This document shows positions 1-7,675 of a DNA stretch of 32,382 bases, in pieces. The DNA comes from Chloroflexota bacterium. Lineage in GTDB: Bacteria; Chloroflexota; UBA11872; VXOZ01. The DNA lies in assembly GCA_009839775.1 (NCBI GenBank), contig VXOZ01000005.1:1-32382 (forward strand), read 5' to 3'. The notes beneath the pieces were generated by a model. The model searched no databases. It was not told the DNA's origin and saw only the letters and a list, made by a program, of their open reading frames with translations. The translations under genes were made by a program, and so were the position numbers. Within the stretch, counting starts at the first letter, position 1; each line of letters starts with the position of its first letter.

Positions 1-202
1 TTCAACTATCTCGTCCCTGCCCCCCCCCGCCCCCCCCCTCACACCCCCCCCCCGCGGGGGTGGGGGGGGGGGCCTCCGCCGCGGCGGCCTTTTTTTGCCC
101 CCCCCCCCCACGGCGCATTGCCGAGTGTTTGGAGAGAAACACTGCGTTTTGATTGCGGCTGGAATAAGATGCCGTCTTTGGTGTAAGCTTACTAAGTGAT
201 TC

Positions 203-279
203 GCCGGCATAGCTCAGTTGGCCAGAGCAGCTGTATCGTAAACAGCGGGTCGTGGGTTCGAATCCCTCTGCCGGCTCCA
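203..279 (+). tRNA. tRNA-Thr (anticodon CGT)
   Basis: Manual cloverleaf. Acceptor is GCCGGCA/TGCCGGC and the D arm is GCTC-AGTTGGCCA-GAGC. The anticodon stem GCTGT/ACAGC carries loop ATCGTAA (CGT). The T arm is GTGGG-TTCGAAT-CCCTC with one T-T mismatch. Discriminator T and an encoded CCA follow. Confidence 0.85.
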
Positions 280-505
280 ATTTATGAAGCAAAACCCCGC
301 TGATGAAGCGGGGGGGGGTGCGTTAGGAGACATTCAAAAGCGTGACGGCCGGCTCCGCCTATAAACAAGCAGATCGTCGCGACAGCGCAGGCTGTCACAA
401 CAACGAACGGCAACGGGTTGCCGCCCCAGCTTATCAAATCCAAAAACACACCGTAAGTATGCCATTATTATATAATAATAATTACTTACTAGTCAAATAA
501 ATCTC

Positions 506-534
506 TTGAAAAAGCTTATCCTAAGTGTTATAAT
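506..534 (+). promoter_or_regulatory. Sigma70-like promoter TTGAAA-17 bp-TATAAT with TGn extension
   Basis: TTGAAA at 506-511, a 17-nt spacer ending in TGT, and TATAAT at 529-534. The leader downstream contains the hairpin CTGGCA...TGCCAG and runs to the ORF starting at 688. Confidence 0.6.
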
Positions 535-687
535 TTAAACAACTGGCATAAGCTTTGTGCCAGCGATCCTTGAAATCGTAACGATCTGCTTCAATCGGCT
601 TCTTCTTGAGGCCGTATTGGAGTTGATTACCCTGCAAATCGGTACTTACATACCGCACCGACAAACACCTAAATGAAGGAGAAGAGA

Positions 688-1011
688 ATGGAACTGCATC
701 TTTTGCGTTCATTCTTGGGGTACTGGAAGGTCATTGCTGGCCGGCTCAAGCCTTACGGCCGTTGCCTGCTGTTGAGCGTCGTTTTCGGCCTGATCCTGCT
801 CGCGATGATAATCGTCAGCGCGATTCTGGTAGTCAGCGCTTTGGCAAACGGAGTCAGCTTGCTGATCCTGCCGGTCATCCTGCTCTTCCTCTCCGCCTGC
901 TACCGCGTGGTAAATCAATTTATCAAGCTGAGCGACTGCGCTGAGGAGGACCTGACCGACAAAATACCCCGACTGACCGAACAGGCAGCCCCGGCTGCCA
1001 TCCGACACTAG
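688..1011 (+). CDS. Small hypothetical membrane protein (two or more TM helices)
   Basis: ORF 673..1011 in the track. I prefer the second ATG at 688 because AAGGAG lies 6 nt upstream of it. The core is long and hydrophobic (LLLSVVFGLILLAMIIVSAILVV..., LLILPVILLFLSA). Confidence 0.6.
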   Translation: MELHLLRSFLGYWKVIAGRLKPYGRCLLLSVVFGLILLAMIIVSAILVVSALANGVSLLILPVILLFLSACYRVVNQFIKLSDCAEEDLTDKIPRLTEQAAPAAIRH

Positions 1012-1060
1012 GAGGTGTCCCATCTGCTGCGGATCGGTGACCGGACCGCAGGGTTAGGCT

Positions 1061-1086
1061 CCGGCGAAGCGATTCGCCGGGGTTTG
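1061..1086 (+). terminator. Hairpin CCGGCGAA-GCGA-TTCGCCGG followed by GGTTTG, a possible terminator
   Basis: Perfect 8-bp stem with a 4-nt loop, about 50 nt after the stop at 1011. The T tract is weak. Confidence 0.4.
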
Positions 1087-1176
1087 ACCAGATTGTTCTG
1101 GAGCAGGTCGTCACGGTTTCAAATTCAAAACGAGACTCACAAGCAAGGAGCCAGCCGAAGTTGAAATCTGAAAGTT

Positions 1177-1461
1177 ATGGACAATTTGGAAGAATCGACC
1201 CGGCTGAGCGTATCGGAACAGTTCGAACTGGCCGATGCCACCTTCAGCGACCCGGAATCAACTCTGAAAGAATATGGCGCAAATATCCTGCGCCTGGCTC
1301 AAAACGTCGAAAACAGCGAGATACGCGAATTGGGAAACAAATTGGCTGAACTCGCCGTCACCCACCGGCCGGACGACCTGAAGTCGACCTTGGATTACTG
1401 TAGCGCCCGGCGCATATGCGCCGAGGAGCTGTATCTGCACTTTTACGGAACCGGCTGTTAA
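1177..1461 (+). CDS. Hypothetical protein (94 aa, acidic, soluble)
   Basis: Longest ORF in this interval. The competing overlapping ORFs are shorter and look like shadows. No recognisable motif. Confidence 0.5.
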   Translation: MDNLEESTRLSVSEQFELADATFSDPESTLKEYGANILRLAQNVENSEIRELGNKLAELAVTHRPDDLKSTLDYCSARRICAEELYLHFYGTGC

Positions 1462-1510
1462 GATTTGTGAATATCACCGCGGCGTAACCCCTGAAGGAAG
1501 CCCTCGCAAT

Positions 1511-1598
1511 TTGCCATATTTAAGTATAAATGTTATAGTATAAATACCGCACTTTGACAATAGAAGCTACGGTGATTCATTCCACGCCGGGATGAATC
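1511..1598 (+). promoter_or_regulatory. Promoter plus conserved 5' leader module, copy A
   Basis: TTGCCA (1511-1516), a 17-nt spacer ending in TGT, and TATAGT (1534-1539). The transcribed block ...GCACTTTGACAATAGAAGCTACGGTGATTCATTC follows, with hairpin GATTCAT/ATGAATC at 1574-1598. Positions 1527-1582 match 2971-3026 at 47 of 56 positions by manual alignment. Confidence 0.6.
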
Positions 1599-1644
1599 TC
1601 AACCAGGCGGCTGACCGCCGCCACATCACCCAAGGATAGAAGCG

Positions 1645-1932
1645 ATGTCCGATGATATCACAGCGAGGCTGGCGGTGCTGGAAGCGAAAAACGAGGCCTC
1701 GGCTAAAGGAATCCATTTCCTGCTTGCGGCGATCTCGACGGCAGTCTTCTTTTGCGCCGGGGCTATCTCGGTTCAATATGGCCTGAATGCCGTACTCCAA
1801 GTGGTAGCTGCCTCCGCATTCTGCTTCGCGCTGTTGTTCACCCCTGTCAATCTGGCGCTCTATGTCGCCGCGAGCATGAAAAGAGCCCGCACGCTTGAAG
1901 CGAGCAAGCCGGTCGCAGAACCGCGGGGCTGA
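1645..1932 (+). CDS. Small hypothetical membrane protein (95 aa, 2 TM)
   Basis: AAGGA lies 8 nt upstream of the ATG. A short N-terminal amphipathic segment (ARLAVLEAKNE) is followed by two hydrophobic helices. Confidence 0.6.
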   Translation: MSDDITARLAVLEAKNEASAKGIHFLLAAISTAVFFCAGAISVQYGLNAVLQVVAASAFCFALLFTPVNLALYVAASMKRARTLEASKPVAEPRG

Positions 1933-2030
1933 GGTGAGCGGAACCCGCCTGGAAAAGACCCGGACATCTCAAACTGTCCGGGTTGATTCCTGGAATAAAT
2001 CACCGTGTTTTCTATATTTCTCTATACTAC

Positions 2031-2105
2031 TGGAGCCGACGACGAGACTTGAACTCGTGACCCCATCCTTACCATGGATGTGCTCTACCGCTGAGCTACG
2101 TCGGC
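2031..2105 (-). tRNA. tRNA-Thr (anticodon GGT), copy 1
   Basis: The reverse complement folds as acceptor GCCGACG/CGTCGGC, D arm GCTC-AGCGGTA-GAGC, anticodon stem CATCC/GGATG with loop ATGGTAA (GGT), and T arm ACGAG-TTCAAGT-CTCGT, then T and CCA. It is identical over 75 nt to 3598-3672. Confidence 0.9.
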
Positions 2106-2382
2106 GCAATTTCAAGAATACCATACAAACCGACGGCACGATTCCAGATACCCGCTGACGGAGCAAGCGGGCTTCCCGCATAGGGTCGCTTTCAGAGGAG
2201 GGCAGTACTAAGAATTACTGCAATCCCTTCAAAGCGGCTTTTGTAATTACAAAATATTCAAGTTTGTCGGCAGCGAGTCCTCCGGAGCGAAGCAAAAGCT
2301 TCAAACTCCGGAAAGACTCGCCGCGTCCGCCGGTTTTATCGGACTGAGGAGGGGGTATCCGATCTCGCCCCGGCCGGGGCTT

Positions 2383-2847
2383 CTAGCTGAAGTTGACCAG
2401 CGCGATCCAGGCTGCGGCCAGATGGTCGACCGCCCGGAACATGCTGTTCGCTTCCGAGCTGACGTTGTCGGCCGCCGGATCCGCGCGGTCAACGATGGAC
2501 CTCGCGCAACCCAGCTCGAACTCGGCACGCGTCAGCGCGGGGCTGTTCGCCTCCAGGTTGGTGCTGGAGCCGATTCGCTCCGAAACGCGGTCGCCGACGG
2601 TCTGGCAGAGGCCTGCAATGTCTGCCCTGACCTCCGCCAACTCGTGGCAACCCGAATGCGGTGCGCCGGCTGCTGCCTGCAGCCTTTCTCTGGATTGATC
2701 CAGAATTGACCTCGTCTCTCTGAAGGGGATGCACGGAATAACCGCGCCCCCTTCTGCGATAAAAGACAATGCCTTCTCCTCTCTATCACAGAACGGATGC
2801 CATCGAACTGAAACAGCCGATATCTCCTCTGGATTTTCAACGGGCAT
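2383..2847 (-). CDS. Hypothetical protein (154 aa)
   Basis: A minus-strand TGTTATAAT extended -10 lies at 2880-2888, with GAGGAG in the short leader. It is the only ORF here with promoter support; several overlapping ORFs on both strands look like GC-rich shadows. Confidence 0.5.
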   Translation of the reverse strand: MPVENPEEISAVSVRWHPFCDREEKALSFIAEGGAVIPCIPFRETRSILDQSRERLQAAAGAPHSGCHELAEVRADIAGLCQTVGDRVSERIGSSTNLEANSPALTRAEFELGCARSIVDRADPAADNVSSEANSMFRAVDHLAAAWIALVNFS

Positions 2848-2955
2848 ATCCGAGAATCGCTCCTCGGATACTGGTATATATTATAACACTTTAGCTTATT
2901 ATTGTAAATAATCTCGGCCATATTGTGCCATTAAGCGCGGCGCAACTCCTCTATA

Positions 2956-3035
2956 TTTGCTTTTTAGGCATAAATGTTATAATATAAACATTGCTCTTTG
3001 ACAACTGAAGATACGGCGATTCATTCAATGAATCG
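2956..3035 (+). promoter_or_regulatory. Promoter plus conserved 5' leader module, copy B
   Basis: TTTGCT (2956-2961), a 16-nt spacer ending in TGT, and TATAAT (2978-2983). The conserved block ...GCTCTTTGACAACTGAAGATACGGCGATTCATTC follows, with hairpin CGATTCA/TGAATCG at 3017-3035. Confidence 0.6.
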
Positions 3036-3111
3036 TACCGGGTCGACCGACTCGGATACTGTCACCCACATATCGCGGCTCGAAGCTGGCCGTTACAAAG
3101 GAGAAAAACCC

Positions 3112-3516
3112 ATGGCTGATAAACCAATCAACGCCGTTGGCGGCAAGGTCGACAAGGGGACTATGGGGCTTCTGTACCCTCTGCCAGTCCTGCTTGTGCT
3201 CATTGCGTGGATGCCATTCGAGAAGCTCGTCTTCAACGAAAACTACTTGGCGTCGTTTGCGGCGGGGTACGCTGTCACCTTGGCGGTGATTGCCATTGCC
3301 TACGAGGTGCTCAGGCGGAAATTCGTCGGCATGGACACCCTCAGCTTCCTGATCGTTCCGGCATTCGGAGCGGCGGGGGCTGCCGGCAACGCGTTCGTTG
3401 CGACAGAAAACTCAGGTAATTTCGCGGCCACCTACGTAGTGGTTGCGAACGCGGGGTTTTTCACGGTCGCAACCATCGTCGCGATCAATTGGGCGGTTAT
3501 CACAAGACTCCGTTGA
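3112..3516 (+). CDS. Hypothetical integral membrane protein (134 aa, about 4 TM)
   Basis: The ATG at 3112 is preceded by AAAGGAGAAAAACCC. The track ORF begins at 2998 with a TTG inside the conserved leader, which I reject. The sequence is very hydrophobic and rich in Ala, Gly and Val. Confidence 0.65.
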   Translation: MADKPINAVGGKVDKGTMGLLYPLPVLLVLIAWMPFEKLVFNENYLASFAAGYAVTLAVIAIAYEVLRRKFVGMDTLSFLIVPAFGAAGAAGNAFVATENSGNFAATYVVVANAGFFTVATIVAINWAVITRLR

Positions 3517-3597
3517 GTCGACGACCCGGTGGCTCCGGTAGCTTTTAGCTGCCGGGGCACACCCCGGAATCAATCGCCGTGTTTTTACATTTTCTTC

Positions 3598-3672
3598 TGG
3601 AGCCGACGACGAGACTTGAACTCGTGACCCCATCCTTACCATGGATGTGCTCTACCGCTGAGCTACGTCGGC
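3598..3672 (-). tRNA. tRNA-Thr (anticodon GGT), copy 2
   Basis: Identical over 75 nt to 2031-2105, with the same fold. The flanking hairpin and pre-tRNA flank are also related to those of copy 1. Confidence 0.9.
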
Positions 3673-3934
3673 CCAGTTTACAGGATATCATAATAACACC
3701 GGCGAGCTGCGTGTCGCGGCGCCGGACAACCTGGCCGCCCCGATGCCGCATGAATTATAAATATAAGATCTTACCGGACAGGAGCGCGGGACGGGTTTCT
3801 TTTCGGATTATACGGCAGGCCCAATCGGCGGATAATTACGTTTTCATGAATTTATACCACAACCAGCACTAACGACCGGGGCCCCTGCGGCTGCGAGAAG
3901 AAATGAATCCTCCCGCAACCGCGGGGCATCGGCC

Positions 3935-4759
3935 TCAGTTGGCCTCGGTCGGCCTCAGAATCGGAAAATCGAAAAGCTCGTCAACGGCGGCGAATACCCT
4001 CTCAATAACTTCGCCCGTTACTTCGTCGGAATGTTTGACGCCGGAGTCGGCCTCGCGCAACAGCTCATCGTACTCCGTCAGAGCCCGGTTGAGTTCTTCT
4101 ACCAACTCCGAGTCGTCGTCAGCCAGCTGAAAAGCCGCCAAATTAGTCCGGCCATTCGGCAAGAATCGGTTTCGCGATTCATACCCCTCGGCCAGCCTGT
4201 TGATGGCTTCGGTCACTTGCTCGGTGCCGGCCGGCGAGTCCGTATGGAAGGCGAAGATTGAGAGCGACTCATTGGAGCTGAGATCGGCTATGATCACGGT
4301 TGCCTCGGTCACGGCATGGTATTCGCAGCCACCACCTCCTTGGCAGGGCTGGTAGTTGAGCGAAACCACTAAGCAACGGTCGGCTTGCTGGCTGATTGTG
4401 CAGTACCCGTCGGCTGCCGCCAAATCTGCGGTTATATTTTCGACATAGGCGTCAGTTTCGGAGAATACCGTCGGCTGCCTAGCTACTTCGTCTAGGGGCG
4501 TCATGGAGAAGTAAACGGGGTGTTGAGGCAATACGTCACGCAGAAGAGCCCAACGCTGTTCCCGACTCAAAAGCCGGCCGTCGTAAGCCGCCTCATTGGC
4601 GATTACGACGCTGAACGCGCCCGGTTTGTCGAACCCAATAACTCCCGCCTCCCATTCTGGTCGGTCTTCGCTACCGCTGCAGGCGGTGCTGGCAATCAGC
4701 AAGATCGCCAACAATAGGCCGACGCCCGGATGCTTGAGTTGCGGAAAAAGACGAGGCAT
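3935..4759 (-). CDS. Putative secreted lipoprotein, function unknown
   Basis: The ATG at 4759 is preceded by AAAGGAGAGG. The N-terminus MPRLFPQLKHPGVGLLLAILLIASTAC has a signal peptide and a lipobox-like STAC. The track ORF extends to 4828 without an RBS. Confidence 0.65.
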   Translation of the reverse strand: MPRLFPQLKHPGVGLLLAILLIASTACSGSEDRPEWEAGVIGFDKPGAFSVVIANEAAYDGRLLSREQRWALLRDVLPQHPVYFSMTPLDEVARQPTVFSETDAYVENITADLAAADGYCTISQQADRCLVVSLNYQPCQGGGGCEYHAVTEATVIIADLSSNESLSIFAFHTDSPAGTEQVTEAINRLAEGYESRNRFLPNGRTNLAAFQLADDDSELVEELNRALTEYDELLREADSGVKHSDEVTGEVIERVFAAVDELFDFPILRPTEAN

Positions 4760-4905
4760 CGGCCTCTCCTTTCTATGCTGGTTGTGGCTTGTAAAGTTAC
4801 AGCCGCGATTCTGACTGCCGGCACTCATTGTAGCCGGACAGATCGGAAAAGCAGACTATCTCTTTACTGTATAATATTTATACATCTAGCGCAAGCGACG
4901 CATCC

Positions 4906-4975
4906 TTGCCCGTTAAAAGCATTGGTTATATAATATAGGTATCGCACCTTGAAAATACGGCGGTTTGTTTCAAAT
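4906..4975 (+). promoter_or_regulatory. Promoter plus 5' leader module, copy C (more diverged)
   Basis: TTGCCC (4906-4911), a 17-nt spacer and TATAAT (4929-4934). This is followed by ...GCACCTTGAAAATACGGCGGTTTG..., which keeps the GCxCxTTGAxAA and TACGGxG blocks of copies A and B. Confidence 0.5.
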
Positions 4976-5033
4976 CGAGACAGGCTAAAACACCGAGCGG
5001 CTGCCTGCTGCTCCAGACCGAAAAAGGAACAAC

Positions 5034-5282
5034 ATGTCTTTTAACGAGGACGAGAGGATTGCGCGCTTGGAAAAAGCGATGGACGAAGCCTGGAAGCGCT
5101 TGAGTCGGTCCACGACGTTTTTAGCGCTTGCCGTCATCTTCGGCTGCGTTGCCGTCGTCTTCGGCGGCGCCAACCTCCCGGGCATAGCCTCGGGCTTTGC
5201 CATAGGGGTTTGGACCTTAAATTTATCCGGCCGTTGGCGGGAATACCGTTCCGCTGAACAAAAATTCCTCGAGCGCCCGTGA
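5034..5282 (+). CDS. Small hypothetical membrane protein (82 aa, 2 TM)
   Basis: AAAGGAA lies upstream of the ATG. The layout matches 1645..1932: a short N-terminal helix (ARLEKAMDEAW) and then two hydrophobic helices. Confidence 0.6.
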   Translation: MSFNEDERIARLEKAMDEAWKRLSRSTTFLALAVIFGCVAVVFGGANLPGIASGFAIGVWTLNLSGRWREYRSAEQKFLERP

Positions 5283-5527
5283 CGGCGCTGGCAGCAGCTT
5301 CTCGGATTGGCTCGGCCGGTTTTAATCGGCCGGGCTGAATCCTTGAAACCAACCGCCGTATTTTTATCCGCAAACCAAGGCGACTGGCTGGAGCGCAAAG
5401 CCGCTCTTCTGTTCCTCAGGTAATGCGCCGAGCAGTCTTAGAATTTGCGTCAATTTGCCGCCGCCCCTTAAACTGGCAGCTCTTTTGTGATATGCTTATC
5501 AGGGTTGATTCTAAAATATTTCAGACC

Positions 5528-5746
5528 ATGGCCAAGAAAAGCAAGAAGAAAGCCAAGAACAAGCGCTCGTTGGTGGCGCTGGTCAGCACCGTTACGGGCC
5601 ATCGCTACGTGATCAAGAAGAACAGCACCAATACGCCCGACAAGCTGGAGCGGCGCAAGTATGACCCTTTGATCCGCAAAACGGTCGTCTACAGGGAAAC
5701 CGCCAAGAATCTGGGCCGCAACGAGGTCAAGCCGCGAAAGAAGTAA
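5528..5746 (+). CDS. rpmG: 50S ribosomal protein L33
   Basis: MAKKSKKK...LVSTVTGHRYVIKKNSTNTPDKLERRKYDPLIRKTVVYRE matches the L33 core pattern (xKNxxNTPxxLExxKYxP...H.E). It is the non-Cys (zinc-less) type. I use the internal ATG at 5528 rather than the track start at 5423. Confidence 0.85.
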   Translation: MAKKSKKKAKNKRSLVALVSTVTGHRYVIKKNSTNTPDKLERRKYDPLIRKTVVYRETAKNLGRNEVKPRKK

Positions 5747-5813
5747 TTTTAACTATATCCAAAAAGGCTTCCGTGCCTTATACTGATAACACTTAAGACA
5801 ACTTAACCGATAG

Positions 5814-6137
5814 ATGAGCACCCAGACCGCCAATACCCAGAAAATCAGGATCAGGCTGAAAGCCTACGACTACAAGGTGATAGACCAGTCCGCCAAACAG
5901 ATCGTCAACACGGCGCTCAGGACCGGCGCGTCCGTCAACGGCCCCGTGCCGCTGCCGACCAAGCGGACCGTTTACACTGTCGTCAAAAGCCCGCACGTTT
6001 ATAAAAAAGGCCGGGAACAGTTCGAGATGCGCATCCACAAACGCCTGGTGGACATCATCAACCCCACCGCCCAGACGATAGACAACCTGACCCACCTCTC
6101 GTTGCCGGCGGGCTGCGATATAGAGATGAAAATGTAA
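5814..6137 (+). CDS. rpsJ: 30S ribosomal protein S10
   Basis: [73 protein letters not shown] is a clear full-length S10 signature. Confidence 0.95.
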   Translation: MSTQTANTQKIRIRLKAYDYKVIDQSAKQIVNTALRTGASVNGPVPLPTKRTVYTVVKSPHVYKKGREQFEMRIHKRLVDIINPTAQTIDNLTHLSLPAGCDIEMKM

Positions 6138-6140
6138 AAA

Positions 6141-6164
6141 CCGACTCCAAGAGCCGGTTTTTTT
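6141..6164 (+). terminator. Rho-independent terminator after rpsJ
   Basis: Stem CCGACTC/GAGCCGG with one mismatch and loop CAA, followed by T7, starting 4 nt after the rpsJ stop. Confidence 0.8.
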
Positions 6165-6236
6165 AACGCTTGCGGCGGTCAGCCGTTCGTACTGGCAAAC
6201 CCCGTTCCCGGCAAAGGGAACGGGGCGAGCCGGGGA

Positions 6237-6563
6237 TCAGATGCGGCAACGCACAGGTCTGGTCAAAACCTCGCGGGCCCGCACAAGGTAGAAGGGCTCC
6301 AGGGACCGGATCGCCATGGCCGTGTCGCTGATGTCGTTTTTCACGTCATCGCGACTGGTACCTGCCGGCGGGTCTGCGACTTGCCGGCGCAACCGCCTGT
6401 AGCGCTTACGAGCCAGCCGGCGCAACCAGAAACGGTTGCGCCTGATAGCGAGGCAGGCCTTGGTGTCCGATCCGGATATGACAGCGTGCATGAGGTGCTC
6501 GAACCGCTTGGTCAGCCGTTTGCCGGCCGTAATCGCTTCCAGCATGTTCAACTCCCTGCTCAT
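6237..6563 (-). CDS. Hypothetical basic protein (108 aa, Arg-rich)
   Basis: The ORF has GAAAGGAA upstream of the ATG. A minus-strand TGTTATAAT at 6758-6766 implies a leader of about 190 nt. No recognisable domain. Confidence 0.5.
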   Translation of the reverse strand: MSRELNMLEAITAGKRLTKRFEHLMHAVISGSDTKACLAIRRNRFWLRRLARKRYRRLRRQVADPPAGTSRDDVKNDISDTAMAIRSLEPFYLVRAREVLTRPVRCRI

Positions 6564-6854
6564 CGGGTTCCTTTCTCCGAACGCGCCCTCCTTTTGAGGA
6601 TCGCCTCCTGTCCTGCAACCCAGAACAGAAGGCGGACCCTCAAGTTATAAATTCCCGGCTTAGTTTGCTACTACTCCCGCGCCTATGCGCCACAGGGGAA
6701 GACAGCAAACCGCCGCAAGTGTTAAAGATCAACGCCCCTCGGGGAGGGGGGTTTGCATATTATAACACCTTTAGCAGAATAAATCCACGCTGCCTTTGAC
6801 AAATAAGCATAATCATGATAATCTTGGAAGCTATATTATATCCTTATTCAACGT

Positions 6855-7532
6855 ATGGAAAGGTTAGACAGCCGAACGAAACAAGAAACCGGCGAAGGGA
6901 TGCTTGAGCGCCTGCGGAAGGGTTCGCTGGAGCACCAGCTGGTGGCCAGCTTGGTCGACAGCCTGGCGAATGCCGACCAAGCCGCCGCCCATGCTTTTGC
7001 TTGCCAAAAATTACGCGAATCGACTAGCAGGATGATAGAGAGGTGCCGAGAAGACAAAGGGGGCGGATGGCTCAGTCATTCTTATTACTTGCCAATCTAC
7101 AAATTTTACCGATCATTTTATGAAAGCTGCAGCCAAGCGGGCTGCCTGCATCTGGATACGGATAACTGCCTGAGGGCGGGCCGCCGGGAGATTGATTTCA
7201 ATCCGAGCCAGAAATTTGACATGTTGGTAGAGGGTATCGGCGGTAACGAGGCGGATTTGCCGTTGACCGAACCGGTTTTCATGATCGAATACCAAGAAGT
7301 CAGGAGCTTGTTGCTGACGGAAGAAGAACAGCCGCGTAAAGCCCGGCTGGTTAAAGAGTACAGAATGACCGCCGCGGCAATCAAAGAATTCATTGATAAC
7401 GACCGAATAAACTCGGCTGCCGAGAAGGGGTTTATTTTTCAACATTACAAGCAGCCGCTGGAGCAACTGGCGGAAACCTGCCTTGACCTCGCCCTGAGCA
7501 TGGAGTACGCCCACCACCATCTTGCCGACTGA
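6855..7532 (+). CDS. Hypothetical protein (225 aa)
   Basis: Long ORF downstream of TTGACA (about 6808) with a -10 in TGATAAT/TAATCT. No clear RBS, so the start is uncertain. The antisense ORF 7113..7604 looks like a shadow. Confidence 0.55.
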   Translation: MERLDSRTKQETGEGMLERLRKGSLEHQLVASLVDSLANADQAAAHAFACQKLRESTSRMIERCREDKGGGWLSHSYYLPIYKFYRSFYESCSQAGCLHLDTDNCLRAGRREIDFNPSQKFDMLVEGIGGNEADLPLTEPVFMIEYQEVRSLLLTEEEQPRKARLVKEYRMTAAAIKEFIDNDRINSAAEKGFIFQHYKQPLEQLAETCLDLALSMEYAHHHLAD

Positions 7533-7615
7533 CCCACTGCCGGCAATCGGCCAGAAGAAAAAGCGCCTGCACGAGCTGGCGCGCAAATGTTTGGCAATGT
7601 TCATATGTGAGATTG

Positions 7616-7663
7616 CGGCACCCCGCCCCTGCCTCCATGCGGAGACAAGGGTAGGGGGTGCCG
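7616..7663. terminator. Long compound hairpin between convergent genes, a possible bidirectional terminator
   Basis: CGGCACCCC (7616-7624) pairs with GGGGTGCCG (7655-7663). An inner CTCC/GGAG stem is present. The hairpin lies between the stops of 6855..7532 (+) and 7676..8158 (-). Confidence 0.4.
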
Positions 7664-7675
7664 ACTGAGCTGGCG

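Noticed and set aside
2-292. 96-aa minus-strand ORF with poly-Gly/Ala/Pro tail
   Set aside because: It overlaps tRNA-Thr(CGT) and merely translates the G/C homopolymer cluster. There is no start context.
2393-2921. Several mutually overlapping ORFs on both strands (2393..2698, 2422..2709, 2489..2734, 2532..2921, 2729..2911)
   Set aside because: These are GC-rich shadow frames around 2383..2847. Only that ORF has a promoter and RBS, and the others have Arg/Ala/Pro-biased compositions typical of off-frame translation.
2998-3111. N-terminal extension of the 3112..3516 ORF (track start at 2998)
   Set aside because: The start is a TTG inside the conserved TTTGACAA leader block. A strong AAAGGAG RBS precedes the internal ATG at 3112.
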